The notes: a model not told the origin generated them from the sequence alone. 64,000 nt of DNA from Spirochaetia bacterium (GCA_965203905.1 CBDBDQ010000005.1:7296001-7360000), one strand, 5' to 3'; shown: positions 20,049 to 29,539, counted from the first letter of the stretch. Numbers and translations are program-made.

Positions 20049-20720
20049 GTGAGTTCTGCCGAGCCTTTCTGGGAACGGGCCTATCGGGACGACAGAGCGG
20101 ATACCTTTGGTCGTCCCAGCTCCGAGATCGTTTCGCTGGCGGACCGCCTGACGAGAGGGGCGTTGGTCCTGGACATGGGTTGTGGCGAGGGGCGGAATGC
20201 TCGATTCTTGGCCACGCGCGGGTTTCAGGTGGACGCCTTCGACGTGTCGGAGGCGGGGATCAACAAGCTCACGCGCATGGCTGCCCTAGAGGAGGTGAGC
20301 GTAAACGCATGGGTAGCCGACCTGAACACTTTTTGGTTCTCTCGTGCCTACGACGTCATCATCGCCCACGGAGTCCTGCATCTGCTCAAACGGGAAGTGT
20401 GGTCACGGCTAATCACTGAAATGAAGGAAAGCACTCGGACCGGCGGCGTCAACGCGGTGTCCGTGTTTACCGATGAGATTCCCCCCCCTCCTGATATGGC
20501 GCCGTTTACTGTAGGGATCTTCAAGGTCGGAGAACTGGCCGGTCAGTACGCCGACTGGCACCAGGAACAAGCCACGTCCTATATCCTCGAGGACGAGCAT
20601 CCCGGCGGTCTTCGCCACCGTCACTCCATCGACAAAGTCGTCGCCTGGAAAATAACGGAAGAGGCAGATAGCGCGTCCAAACCCAATCAGGGCCAAGATC
20701 GACCGGAAGCGCAACCGTGA
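20049..20720 (+). CDS. Class I SAM-dependent methyltransferase (TehB-like)
   Basis: 'VLDMGCGEGRNARFLA', 'FDVSEAGI', 'YDVIIAHGVLH'. Confidence 0.9.
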   Translation: MSSAEPFWERAYRDDRADTFGRPSSEIVSLADRLTRGALVLDMGCGEGRNARFLATRGFQVDAFDVSEAGINKLTRMAALEEVSVNAWVADLNTFWFSRAYDVIIAHGVLHLLKREVWSRLITEMKESTRTGGVNAVSVFTDEIPPPPDMAPFTVGIFKVGELAGQYADWHQEQATSYILEDEHPGGLRHRHSIDKVVAWKITEEADSASKPNQGQDRPEAQP

Positions 20721-20946
20721 CGGCACGATTCTAAAATGACACACTACCCGGGCAGGCGTTAACTCGGGCGCAGTTCGGCAGTCCGCGTGGTGAACATCGG
20801 TCGCGTTTACGTTGGATACAGTTCGCGCCACGTCGCGCAAATCTCGTCTACCGAACCACGGGCTACGAAGAGTCAGGTTGCTTTATCAAAAATTTGCTGT
20901 AACACTGGCCGCGAGTCTCACCAGTTGGCTCAGGAGGTATACCCCA

Positions 20947-21408
20947 ATGAGAGGAGTAGCGGTAGTGGCAATACGCCAGACCACGAGGGATCACGAGGTT
21001 CTGTTGCTTCGAAGAACTCAGAGCAACGCTGGCCAGTGGTGTCAGATTTCTGGGAAGATAGAGTCTGGCGAGACAGCGTCGCAGGCTGCGCTACGCGAGA
21101 TGAAGGAGGAGACGGGGCTGATACCAAGCCGGTTCTATTCCGCTGACCTGTGCGAACAATTCTACGAGATCGGAAGGAACTCTATCTGGCTCGCTCCAAT
21201 CTTCGTCGCGTACGTGGAACCCGAGGTCACCGTCACGTTGAACGAGGAACACAGCGAGTACTTCTGGACCTCGCTCGGCCGTGCTATTGAATTGCTGCCG
21301 TTTCCCGGTCAGAAGTCGATGTTGATGCACATTCGTCATTGGTTCGTGGAGCGTGAACCTTCTCGGCTTCTCGAGATCGACGTCAGCTCGGTCGTACGGG
21401 CGAAGTGA
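20947..21408 (+). CDS. NUDIX hydrolase
   Basis: Nudix box GKIESGETASQAALREMKEETG; RBS AGGAGG. Confidence 0.92.
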   Translation: MRGVAVVAIRQTTRDHEVLLLRRTQSNAGQWCQISGKIESGETASQAALREMKEETGLIPSRFYSADLCEQFYEIGRNSIWLAPIFVAYVEPEVTVTLNEEHSEYFWTSLGRAIELLPFPGQKSMLMHIRHWFVEREPSRLLEIDVSSVVRAK

Positions 21409-21723
21409 CAATAGTGAGACGATATACCGCTGAGACGGTGGCAGCCACTCTGCGGCGGAGGCTTGCTGCTCGACCGCGGATCTTCGGAGGATAGGCATCC
21501 GCGTCACGGAGTTAGCGTCGGGATCGGCATGAAAATGCGCTGCGACCGCGTTTCGCAACGAGAAGTGAGCCGGGATGCGATTTTTTCCATGGGCGCGAGT
21601 GTAACTCCTGGTGCTGCTCGAGTTCCAGAATAGAGTGGTTGGCAAGAGGCGGAGAATCCCGGACAGATCCGCCCGACGAATGGATTGAGATTTTCCCGCG
21701 CAGCCGGCCGCGCGACCATGCCA

Positions 21724-21812
21724 AGCTGCGAGGTCGCTCATCCAACCAGGACCGGACGATCCAGCAGCATCGAGGGGGCGAGAATCAATCTCTGGCGTGC
21801 GCCGGCCGAGAG
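21724..21812 (-). pseudogene. Degenerate fragment of an ABC exporter NBD, paralogous to 7561-7652
   Basis: Reads LSAGARQRLILAPSMLLDRPVLV then a frameshifted DE-TSQL; aligns at DNA level to the 7347-9077 gene. Confidence 0.75.
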
Positions 21813-22113
21813 TCGGCTCGCTCGCCAATTGCCGCATCGAGCCCCGCGCAGCTCGCCGAGCCAATAGAGTTGGCGAGTGATCGAATTGACCATACTACCT
21901 GGACTCACTACATTTCGGCATGGAGTCAGCTCGGCACACCGACGCATGCAGCGTCCTGCACCACCGCAGGACGGTTGGCATCTTGTGGGCGCCACGGCGG
22001 GAGCTGTACGAGGGCATTTCCGGGCACATTGGGCCGAACCTGCGGACCAGTAGCCTGATCAAGTCGACGTTCGCTTCGGTACGTCAGCCGGCACTCTCTT
22101 AAGATCGGATAGC

Positions 22114-22911
22114 ATGCGGCCCCGGCTCTACGGCCATATCCTCAAGACACGATTTCTGTCGAGCCTTGCGTATCGAACGGAGTTGGTGTTCCTCGTTCTG
22201 ACAAGCTTCGTCGTGGTGCTCGGAATGTCGTTTCTTTGGAAAGCCCTCTACGGCGACCAGGGGAGCGGGCGCGCCCTGACCCTCAACCAGATGCTGGTGT
22301 ACCTCATCGTCGCCCAGATGATGAATCAACTGCTGTTCTCCAACCTGCCCGAACGGATCAACGAACGTGTCTACCACGGCAACATCAGCATCGACCTGAT
22401 CCGACCGGTGCCGCTGTGGGCGGCGTGGGTGGCCGAGGATGTGGGCGACGCGTTGAGCCGGCTGCTTATCCGGGGCATTCCGCTGCTCATAGTTGCGTCG
22501 GTCCTGATTGCGCTTCCGCAACCGGCGAGTGGGTCGCTGTTCCTGTGGTTCCTGGTCAGTCTCGGTCTCAGCTACGCGCTTATGACGTCAATCGGCTACA
22601 TCGTCGGCCTCACGTCCATCTGGTACATGGACTTCGGCGACTTCGGCAAAGTGGTTCGCGCGAGCGTTGTATTCCTATCCGGAAGCGTGGTGCCGATCTG
22701 GTTCTTCCCTGAGTGGTTCCAGCGGATCTCGTCGCTTCTGCCCTTCATCTATATCTATCAATTCCCGATCGGGATCTACATCGGGAAGTACTCGATCGGC
22801 GAGATCCTCAATGGTCTCGCGGCGCAGCTCTTTTGGATTGCACTGGGTGTCCTCGGTGGCCTGTTGATGTGGAATCTGGTCAAGAAGAAGATCGTGGTCC
22901 AGGGCGGATGA
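22114..22911 (+). CDS. ABC-2 family permease (COG4587-like), system 3
   Basis: 'LAYRTE', 'GNISIDLIRP', 'LSGSVVPIWFFP', C-terminal 'VVQGG'. Confidence 0.9.
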   Translation: MRPRLYGHILKTRFLSSLAYRTELVFLVLTSFVVVLGMSFLWKALYGDQGSGRALTLNQMLVYLIVAQMMNQLLFSNLPERINERVYHGNISIDLIRPVPLWAAWVAEDVGDALSRLLIRGIPLLIVASVLIALPQPASGSLFLWFLVSLGLSYALMTSIGYIVGLTSIWYMDFGDFGKVVRASVVFLSGSVVPIWFFPEWFQRISSLLPFIYIYQFPIGIYIGKYSIGEILNGLAAQLFWIALGVLGGLLMWNLVKKKIVVQGG

Positions 22912-23723
22912 TGAGCACCCTCCGCCGACACCTCCGCGTCAGCCTGTTCTACACGAAGCTGTCGTTGATCCGCCTCATTGAGTATCCGGTCTACCTCCAG
23001 AGCACTTTCTTGATGAATCTGACCACCGCCGTAACCGGCTTCTTCGTCCTCCGCGTGATGTTCACGGAGTTCCAGGCGATCGGCGAGTGGGACATCGCCA
23101 GCGTGTCGTTTCTCTACAGCTTCAATCTCATCACCCACGGGATCGTGCTGGTCGTAGCGCAACCGATCTGGTACATGGGGCGGAGGATCTTGAGCGGCGA
23201 TTTCGACCTGATGCTGGTGCGCCCGCTCGACACGCTCTGGCTCCACATCTCACGTGGCGTCAACTACATGGACCTGGCCAACCCCATCCTGGCGCTGCTC
23301 ATGATCATCTACAGCTTGGGCGAGCTTGGTTTCACTCCAACGATCAGCAACGTGGTCGGGTTGGTGCTGCTTGTTTTCTTGTGCAGCGTCATCCGCGCCG
23401 CTCTCTACTTGATCGGCTCGACGACATGCTTCTGGTGGCGCAACCGCGAGTCACTCAAGGAGTTCTCGGCGACGCTGATGAACGACATCGGCCGCTACCC
23501 GCTGACCGCCTACCCGTGGGCGATGCAGTTCATCCTCACCTTCCTCATACCAACGGGCTTTGTTGCATTCTACCCGGCGTCGGCGGTGCTGCACATCAAG
23601 GATGGTCTCGTTGCCGGCTCTGCGATCTACGTGACCCTCGCGATCATGGTCGTAGTACTCTCGATAGGTTCCTACCTGTTCTTCCGCCTTGGGCTCAGGT
23701 ATTATGAAAGCGTCGGGCACTGA
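22908..23723 (+). CDS. ABC-2 family permease (COG3694-like), system 3
   Basis: 'GDFDLMLVRP', 'RYPLTAYP', 'LTFLIP', C-terminal 'YESVGH'. Confidence 0.9.
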   Translation: MMSTLRRHLRVSLFYTKLSLIRLIEYPVYLQSTFLMNLTTAVTGFFVLRVMFTEFQAIGEWDIASVSFLYSFNLITHGIVLVVAQPIWYMGRRILSGDFDLMLVRPLDTLWLHISRGVNYMDLANPILALLMIIYSLGELGFTPTISNVVGLVLLVFLCSVIRAALYLIGSTTCFWWRNRESLKEFSATLMNDIGRYPLTAYPWAMQFILTFLIPTGFVAFYPASAVLHIKDGLVAGSAIYVTLAIMVVVLSIGSYLFFRLGLRYYESVGH

Positions 23724-23724
23724 G

Positions 23725-24729
23725 ATGGGCATCATCGAGACGACACGTGTCTCCAAGACTTTCAAAGTAAACCAGAAGAAGAAGGGACTGATCGGCGCAG
23801 TTAAGGGACTGCTGTTCCCTGACATTCGCCACATCGAGGCGGTCAAGGACGTATCGTTCAGTATCGAGGAAGGCGAGATCGTGGGCTACATCGGTCCGAA
23901 CGGATCCGGAAAGAGCACCACCATCAAGATGCTTTGCGGCATCCTCCATCCATCGGCGGGCGCTGTCAAGGTGAACGGTCTTGATCTTCCCAGGCAGCGA
24001 CGCCACTTGGCGATGGACATCGGTGTGGTGTTCGGCCAACGCAGTCAACTGTATTGGGACATCCGACTGGGGGAAACATTCGAGCTATTCAAGCGCATGT
24101 ACGACATCAGCGACGCCGACTACACCCAGCGCATGGGCGTCTTCCACGAATTGCTCGACATCGGGGATTTCGTCGACCAGCCGGTGCGCCAGCTCTCCCT
24201 CGGCCAGAGCATACGGGGCAACTTGGTGAGCGCGTTCCTCCACTCCCCCAAGCTGCTATTCCTGGACGAGCCGACGATCGGCCTCGATATCGTCGGGAAG
24301 AAGAAGATTCAGACGTTCATCAAGGAGATGAACCGCGAGTACCACACGACCGTCGTCCTGACGACCCACGACCTGTCTGACGTCGAGAAGCTCTGCGAGC
24401 GCGTCATCGTGATCAACCACGGTGAGATCGTCGAGGACGACAGACTTGTGAACATCACTCGCAAGCTGGCTCCCTACAAGCTCATCCATGTGCTGACTGA
24501 CGGTACCATTCCGCCCATCAACGTAGCTGGGTGCCGGCTGCGATCGGTGGACGGCAGCAGGATGTGTCTCGAATTCGACCACCATCGACACGACTCCGTC
24601 GAGCTCATCGCAAAGCTTTCACGCCTCATGCAGATCAATGACTTCAGCATCGTCGATCCTGACATCGAGGAGGTCATTGGGACTTACTACGGAGCACCAC
24701 CGGCGGATCGCGCCGATGGACTGTCGTAG
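23725..24729 (+). CDS. ABC-2 type ATP-binding protein (COG4586-like), system 3
   Basis: GPNGSGKSTT, 'VFGQRSQLYWD', LSLGQ, FLDEPTIGLD. Confidence 0.92.
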   Translation: MGIIETTRVSKTFKVNQKKKGLIGAVKGLLFPDIRHIEAVKDVSFSIEEGEIVGYIGPNGSGKSTTIKMLCGILHPSAGAVKVNGLDLPRQRRHLAMDIGVVFGQRSQLYWDIRLGETFELFKRMYDISDADYTQRMGVFHELLDIGDFVDQPVRQLSLGQSIRGNLVSAFLHSPKLLFLDEPTIGLDIVGKKKIQTFIKEMNREYHTTVVLTTHDLSDVEKLCERVIVINHGEIVEDDRLVNITRKLAPYKLIHVLTDGTIPPINVAGCRLRSVDGSRMCLEFDHHRHDSVELIAKLSRLMQINDFSIVDPDIEEVIGTYYGAPPADRADGLS

Positions 24730-24927
24730 CCTCGCAGTCGACCGTTGCCGTCCTGGCGCCGGCGACGCGGGCCAGTCCGGTGTACAACACGGCCTTGGGG
24801 CGGCACCACGATGCGCACACGCGTGACTATTGACGCTGGTCATGGTACCCTCCTGATCGGAAGCTGGAAAGCCCGCTGACGCTGCCGATTCGTGGTCAGC
24901 TCGGGTGCTGTTCTCCTCCATACTTCG

Positions 24928-25707
24928 ATGCGTACCCGACACTTGAACATGACCATTGACGAGTTCCACCTGATGGCGAGAGAGCCAGGATGGAAGTATG
25001 AGTACTGGAGCGGGCAAGCGCATATCTCTCCCGCCCATCGGTCAGTCTCCGCGTCCCTCGAAATCGAACCACGTGCATGCCGATCTCCTTGTCGGATCCG
25101 GCCCGCGGAAAGCAGCTACGAGCGGGCGACGATTGCCGCTTTCGTGGCCGCCTTCAGAGATACCATCGATTTTTGTGACTGGGAGGAGACGAGAATCGCC
25201 GATTCGGCAAGAGACAACGTGATCGGATTCTTCTCCGGCGAACGCGGAGAGCCTCATCCGGCGTCGCGCCTGGCGTTGGTCGCCCATCCGGAAGTCGAGC
25301 AGGAGTCAGTCGTTGGTGCTGCCCTCGTAGCCGAAATGAAAGACGAGTCCGTGCGGTTGGATCTACTATTCGTGACGCCGGAGTGGCAACGAATGGGTGT
25401 AGCTACAGCCCTTGTGACAGCGACTCTCAATCAACTGTATGAGAGCGGCCACAGGACGTTGAAGAGTCGATACAACCTCGGTAATGCTGGGAGCAGGGCA
25501 TGGCACAGAGCGTTCGGGTTCGTAGACGATTGCGACCTGTTGTTGGCAGAATCGTACTATCGCCTGGCTAAACATGAGCTTTGGCGAAGAGAGAAAGTCG
25601 GCGATCTCACACAGGTAGAGCGCCAGAAACTGAACCTGGAGATCGATCTCTGGAGAGTCCAGGCTGACAAACTGTCGGTTGCTGCAAGGCGTTGGCGCGC
25701 GCATTGA
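24928..25707 (+). CDS. GNAT family N-acetyltransferase with N- and C-terminal extensions
   Basis: 'LFVTPEWQRMGVATAL' and 'GNAGSRAWHRAFGF'. Confidence 0.82.
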   Translation: MRTRHLNMTIDEFHLMAREPGWKYEYWSGQAHISPAHRSVSASLEIEPRACRSPCRIRPAESSYERATIAAFVAAFRDTIDFCDWEETRIADSARDNVIGFFSGERGEPHPASRLALVAHPEVEQESVVGAALVAEMKDESVRLDLLFVTPEWQRMGVATALVTATLNQLYESGHRTLKSRYNLGNAGSRAWHRAFGFVDDCDLLLAESYYRLAKHELWRREKVGDLTQVERQKLNLEIDLWRVQADKLSVAARRWRAH

Positions 25708-25895
25708 GTTCGGTGCGCCGCGCACTACGCCATTGCGGCCGGGACGCAGCCACAGGGCGATTCGGCTTGCCTGTAATCGAAAGGCGCAATTTTTTTTGAA
25801 GCTTTCGCCGATTTTTTCTCGTTCATGGGTTGACACGGTATTGGCCGTCCGATCCGACGACATTCCCGACCGGGCACGAATCTAGCCGAGAATAC

Positions 25896-25925
25896 GCGTG
25901 GCGGGCGCTCTGTCCCCCGCCACGC
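25896..25925. repeat. 10-bp perfect-stem hairpin upstream of the DUF222-HNH gene
   Basis: GCGTGGCGGG...CCCGCCACGC. Confidence 0.5.
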
Positions 25926-26016
25926 AGCCAATGATCCTGAACCTCAAAAGTCGGCATCCGACCGCTCTACGGGGCGTCAGTGGGTGGTCGAAATCCGGGT
26001 GTACGATAGCCCCATC

Positions 26017-27684
26017 ATGGAACACGACACGAGGACGACCGCGCCCCAGGCCACGGCACGAGCCGCGGTCGAGTGGGCTGAGCCCACGGCGACCGAGCTG
26101 CCCGCGGGCGCGGTCGCTGCGGCTAAGCCCGCTCACGGGACGCCGGTGGAGAGTTGCGTTGCGACGTCGCCCACTGCCGTGGACGCGGCGCCGCCGGAAG
26201 CTGCCGAGCCACCCGACCTGGACCAGCTCGGTGACCAGATAGCCGCGCTGTCGGCACGCATCGACGCCGCCACCTACGAGCTGCTGTGCCACCTGCACCG
26301 TTTCGACCGCCACCACGGCTGGGAGGGCTTCCGGTCCTGCGCCCACTGGCTCAACTGGCGCACGGGCCTCGATCTCGGCGCCGCCCGCGAAAAGCTGCGC
26401 GTGGCCGCCGCGCTGGCCGACCTGAACCACATCGCTGCGGCGCTGGCGTGCGGGCAACTCTCCTACTCGAAGGTGCGTGCGCTGACCCGGATCGCCACGC
26501 CGGGCACCGAAGCGCGGCTACTGGCTGTGGCCTTGAGTTCCACCGCGGCGCAGGTGGAGCGGCTGGTGCGGGGGTGGCGGCAGGCGGACCGCGAGGCGCA
26601 GCCCGATGCCGAGCAGGTGCGCTTGGCCAGCCGCGGTCTGAGGATGGAGGTGGACGAGAAGGGGATGGTCGTGGTGCGCGGGCGACTGACGCCGGAGGTT
26701 GGCGCGGTGCTGCTGCGCGCGGTGGAGGCGGCGCTGGAGCAGGTGCCCGCGCCCGCCGAGGGCGAGCAGGCGACGTTGGCGCAGCGGCGGGCGGATGCGC
26801 TGGGGCTGGTGGCGGAGAGTGCGCTGGCCGGCGGGCTCGATCCGGGCAGCGCCGGCGACCGGTTCCAGGTGACGGTGCACGTGCCAGCGGAAGCGCTCGC
26901 CTCCCGCGAACCGGCCACTGCGGCCCCCGGCGCAATTTCCGCGGAAACGCGCGCCGCGAGCCAGGCGGCAGCGGAAGCGACCGTTCCGGCGCCGCCGTAC
27001 GGGCAGCAGGTCGCCGGACGCGCCGCGGCCGGAGGAGCGGCCGGCGCTCTGCAGCGCGTTTCCGCGGAAGGGTGCGAGCTCGGCGTGGTGGCGCCGGAGC
27101 CTCCGGGACCGGCAACCGACCGCGACGCCGGTCAGGCGGTGATCGAGCAGGCCGGCGGACTTCACGTCGGCCGCGACGCGGTGCGCCGCGTGGCCTGCGA
27201 TTCCGGCCTGGTGGTGCTGGGCCATGGCTCCGACGGCGAGGTGCTCGACGCCGGCCGCAGGACCCGTACCGTCCCCACCGCCCTGCGCCGCGTCCTGCAG
27301 GACCGCGATCGTAACCAGTGCCAGTTCCCCGGCTGCGAGAGCCGCCACTGCGACGCCGATCACGTCGTGCACTGGGCCGACGGTGGCGAGACTCGGCTGA
27401 GCAATCTGGTTTTGTGCTGTCGTTTCCATCACCGCGCCCTGCACGAAGAGGGCTTCCGGGTGGTGGCGACCGATGACGGCCGGTTCCAGTTCCTGCGCCC
27501 GGACGGGGTGCCGCTGCCGGCGGTGCCGGCGGCGGCGCGCTGGGCGGGGGCGCCGCGGGCGCCGACCGATGCACGGCTGGAGGCGGCCGGGATCAGCATC
27601 GGTCCGCATACCGCGACGCCCGAGTGGTACGGGGAACCGCTGGAGCTGGCGGCCGCGCTCGACGTCCTGTGGGAGCCCCCGTAG
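26017..27684 (+). CDS. DUF222 domain-containing HNH endonuclease
   Basis: 'FRSCAHWLNWRTG', 'LSYSKVRALTR', 'RRADAL', 'CQFPGC..DADHVVHWADGGETRLSNLVLCCRFHHRALH'. Confidence 0.9.
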   Translation: MEHDTRTTAPQATARAAVEWAEPTATELPAGAVAAAKPAHGTPVESCVATSPTAVDAAPPEAAEPPDLDQLGDQIAALSARIDAATYELLCHLHRFDRHHGWEGFRSCAHWLNWRTGLDLGAAREKLRVAAALADLNHIAAALACGQLSYSKVRALTRIATPGTEARLLAVALSSTAAQVERLVRGWRQADREAQPDAEQVRLASRGLRMEVDEKGMVVVRGRLTPEVGAVLLRAVEAALEQVPAPAEGEQATLAQRRADALGLVAESALAGGLDPGSAGDRFQVTVHVPAEALASREPATAAPGAISAETRAASQAAAEATVPAPPYGQQVAGRAAAGGAAGALQRVSAEGCELGVVAPEPPGPATDRDAGQAVIEQAGGLHVGRDAVRRVACDSGLVVLGHGSDGEVLDAGRRTRTVPTALRRVLQDRDRNQCQFPGCESRHCDADHVVHWADGGETRLSNLVLCCRFHHRALHEEGFRVVATDDGRFQFLRPDGVPLPAVPAAARWAGAPRAPTDARLEAAGISIGPHTATPEWYGEPLELAAALDVLWEPP

Positions 27685-27766
27685 CGGCGGTCCGGCGCAG
27701 CGCTGCCCGCGCACTGCCTGGGGCTTGTACCGGCGTGCCGCCCGACCCGCTCGAGTACGGATTCGC

Positions 27767-28674
27767 GGAAGTGCGTCAGTTTTGAAAATCCACCCTGTTG
27801 GCACTGCACGCCACGCGACGAGCTAACGTTACTCAATCCTTCTCCGCTCACGGTGGCGGTGAGCCCGGGGATCGAAGTTGTGGGCGTGTGCCCACATGCC
27901 GCGCTTCGCTTCACGCGCCCCCCGCTCGAGTTGTTTGTAGCGGTCATGGTAGGCGGCGATAGCAAGTCCTTCCCACACCATCCATTCACCGATGTCTCTG
28001 CCCTCGCAGGTCACAGTGCCGACTATCCGCCCGAACTTATCCACGCTCTCGACCGCCACACTGACATGCTTGCCGCCAATTTTCTGAATGAGCGCGCTCT
28101 TCACGCGCCTCCCGTGGTTGAACCAGTATCCGTCCTGATGTTTGGCCTTCTGATCCCATTCGGGCGCGTCGAGTCCGGCGAGGCGCACTTCCTTTCTGGC
28201 CACCCGTATCCCGTCGCCGTCGGTCACATACGCTTTGCCCGTGATCGTACGGGTAGGGCTCTCTACCCAGCGAGCGGGGAAGGCGGGTGTCTCGACCCGA
28301 TGCGCGGGGCGGAGCTGCGCTCCAGATGACCGGTAGTCCACGCGTCGCTGCTCTGGTCCTGTTCCGCTCGAATGCCCCTTTTTCTTCTGCCGGTGAGAAC
28401 GCTTCCCTGGGATGAGCAGGATGACGACAACGACAACGAGAGTAATCAACCACCACCACTTCGCGACCCATCCAGAGAACGCATCGAACAGCATGTCCCT
28501 CGAATATCGGGGACATGGAGTGCTGGCTTTACGGGCACCACTATCCCTCGCCACCACGATCGGCGTCTCTGTCGTCCCTCCGGCTGGTCGCCAGCGGCGC
28601 TCGCTGGAAAAAAGCGATGCCGCTCGATGGAGGGGGCTGCTACCCAGGCTCTGATTTCAAACTGACGCACTTCC
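27767..28674. mobile_element. Non-autonomous 908-bp element with terminal inverted repeats carrying a thermonuclease gene
   Basis: GGAAGTGCGTCAGTTTTGAAAATC (27767-27790) versus GATTTCAAACTGACGCACTTCC (28653-28674); outer 16 bp are a perfect inverted repeat; no transposase and no target-site duplication seen. Confidence 0.75.
27829..28557 (-). CDS. Thermonuclease (SNase-like) family protein with N-terminal TM segment (start may be the downstream ATG, MLFDAF)
   Basis: 'VTDGDGI', 'VRLAGLDAPE', 'DKFGRIVG', 'AREAKRGMW'. Confidence 0.88.
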   Translation of the reverse strand: MVARDSGARKASTPCPRYSRDMLFDAFSGWVAKWWWLITLVVVVVILLIPGKRSHRQKKKGHSSGTGPEQRRVDYRSSGAQLRPAHRVETPAFPARWVESPTRTITGKAYVTDGDGIRVARKEVRLAGLDAPEWDQKAKHQDGYWFNHGRRVKSALIQKIGGKHVSVAVESVDKFGRIVGTVTCEGRDIGEWMVWEGLAIAAYHDRYKQLERGAREAKRGMWAHAHNFDPRAHRHRERRRIE

Positions 28675-28713
28675 CAAGCTTGACTCTGTAAACGGGTCCG
28701 CTTATATCTCGGC

Positions 28714-29535
28714 ATGGAGCCGGAGCGACACGCCGAGGGATGCAACGTCCTGCAAGCCCACCGGTCGGGTGAGGCACTTGGGCGGGTTGCCGGCGCCGCC
28801 TCGCGGAGCAACGAGTTCGGCCAGCCGATCGGAATGCCGGTTGCCGGCTGGAAGCCACCGCCGGCTCCCGACCGCTCCATCCGAAGGGGACAGTACTGTC
28901 AGTTGGAGCCGCTGTGCGAGGAAGCGCACGGCCGTTCCCTGTTCGACGCCTTCGCCGCCGACGCGCGTGGGGTCAACTGGACCTACATGCCGTACGGGCC
29001 GTTCGCGGCGTACGCGGACTTCAGCCGCTGGCTGGGCTGGGCCTGTGAGGCGACCGATCCCCTGTTCTTCGCCGTGCTCGACGCGGCCCGCGGGAGGGCG
29101 GCGGGGTTTGCCTCGTATCTCAACATCGACCCGGCCAACGGCTCCATCGAGGTGGGTCACATCCACTTCTCCGAGGAGCTCAAGCGGACCCGCGCCGCCA
29201 CCGAGGCGATGTACCTGCTGATGAAGCACGCCTTCGATCTCGGCTATCGCCGCTACGAGTGGAAGTGCGACGCGCTCAACCGGCCGTCGCGCGCCGCGGC
29301 GCGGCGTCTCGGGTTCCGCTTCGAAGGGCTGTTCCGCAACGCCGTGGTCTACAACGGGCGCACCCGGGACAGCGCCTGGCACTCGATCGTCGACCGCGAG
29401 TGGCCGCGCCTGGACGCCGCCTTTCGCACCTGGCTGGCCGCGGCCAACTTCACCGCCGGCGGGCATCAGCGTCAGAGTCTGAGCACGCTCACCGCGCCGC
29501 ACTCCACCGACATCGTCGCGGTAGTCGGCGGCTAG
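28714..29535 (+). CDS. GNAT family acetyltransferase (RimJ/RimL-like)
   Basis: 'NEFGQPIG', 'WTYMPYGPF', 'SIEVGHI', 'LGYRRYEWKCDALN', 'GRTRDSAW'. Confidence 0.9.
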   Translation: MEPERHAEGCNVLQAHRSGEALGRVAGAASRSNEFGQPIGMPVAGWKPPPAPDRSIRRGQYCQLEPLCEEAHGRSLFDAFAADARGVNWTYMPYGPFAAYADFSRWLGWACEATDPLFFAVLDAARGRAAGFASYLNIDPANGSIEVGHIHFSEELKRTRAATEAMYLLMKHAFDLGYRRYEWKCDALNRPSRAAARRLGFRFEGLFRNAVVYNGRTRDSAWHSIVDREWPRLDAAFRTWLAAANFTAGGHQRQSLSTLTAPHSTDIVAVVGG

Positions 29536-29539
29536 CACG

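Larger units (their letters stand above)
19982..20748. mobile_element. Putative non-autonomous cassette with degenerate IS1-like inverted ends carrying a methyltransferase
   Basis: Right end GATTCTAAAATGACACACTACC (20727-20748) is 17/22 identical to 28653-28674; degenerate inverted left end GGCAGTGTCAATTCGAAAA at 19982. Confidence 0.5.

Noticed and set aside
25719-25730. CACTACG/CGTAGTG motifs here and at about 42315 and 54151 as further cassette ends
   Set aside because: They match only the terminal 6-7 nt and lack the TTTCAAACTGA core, so they cannot be told from chance.
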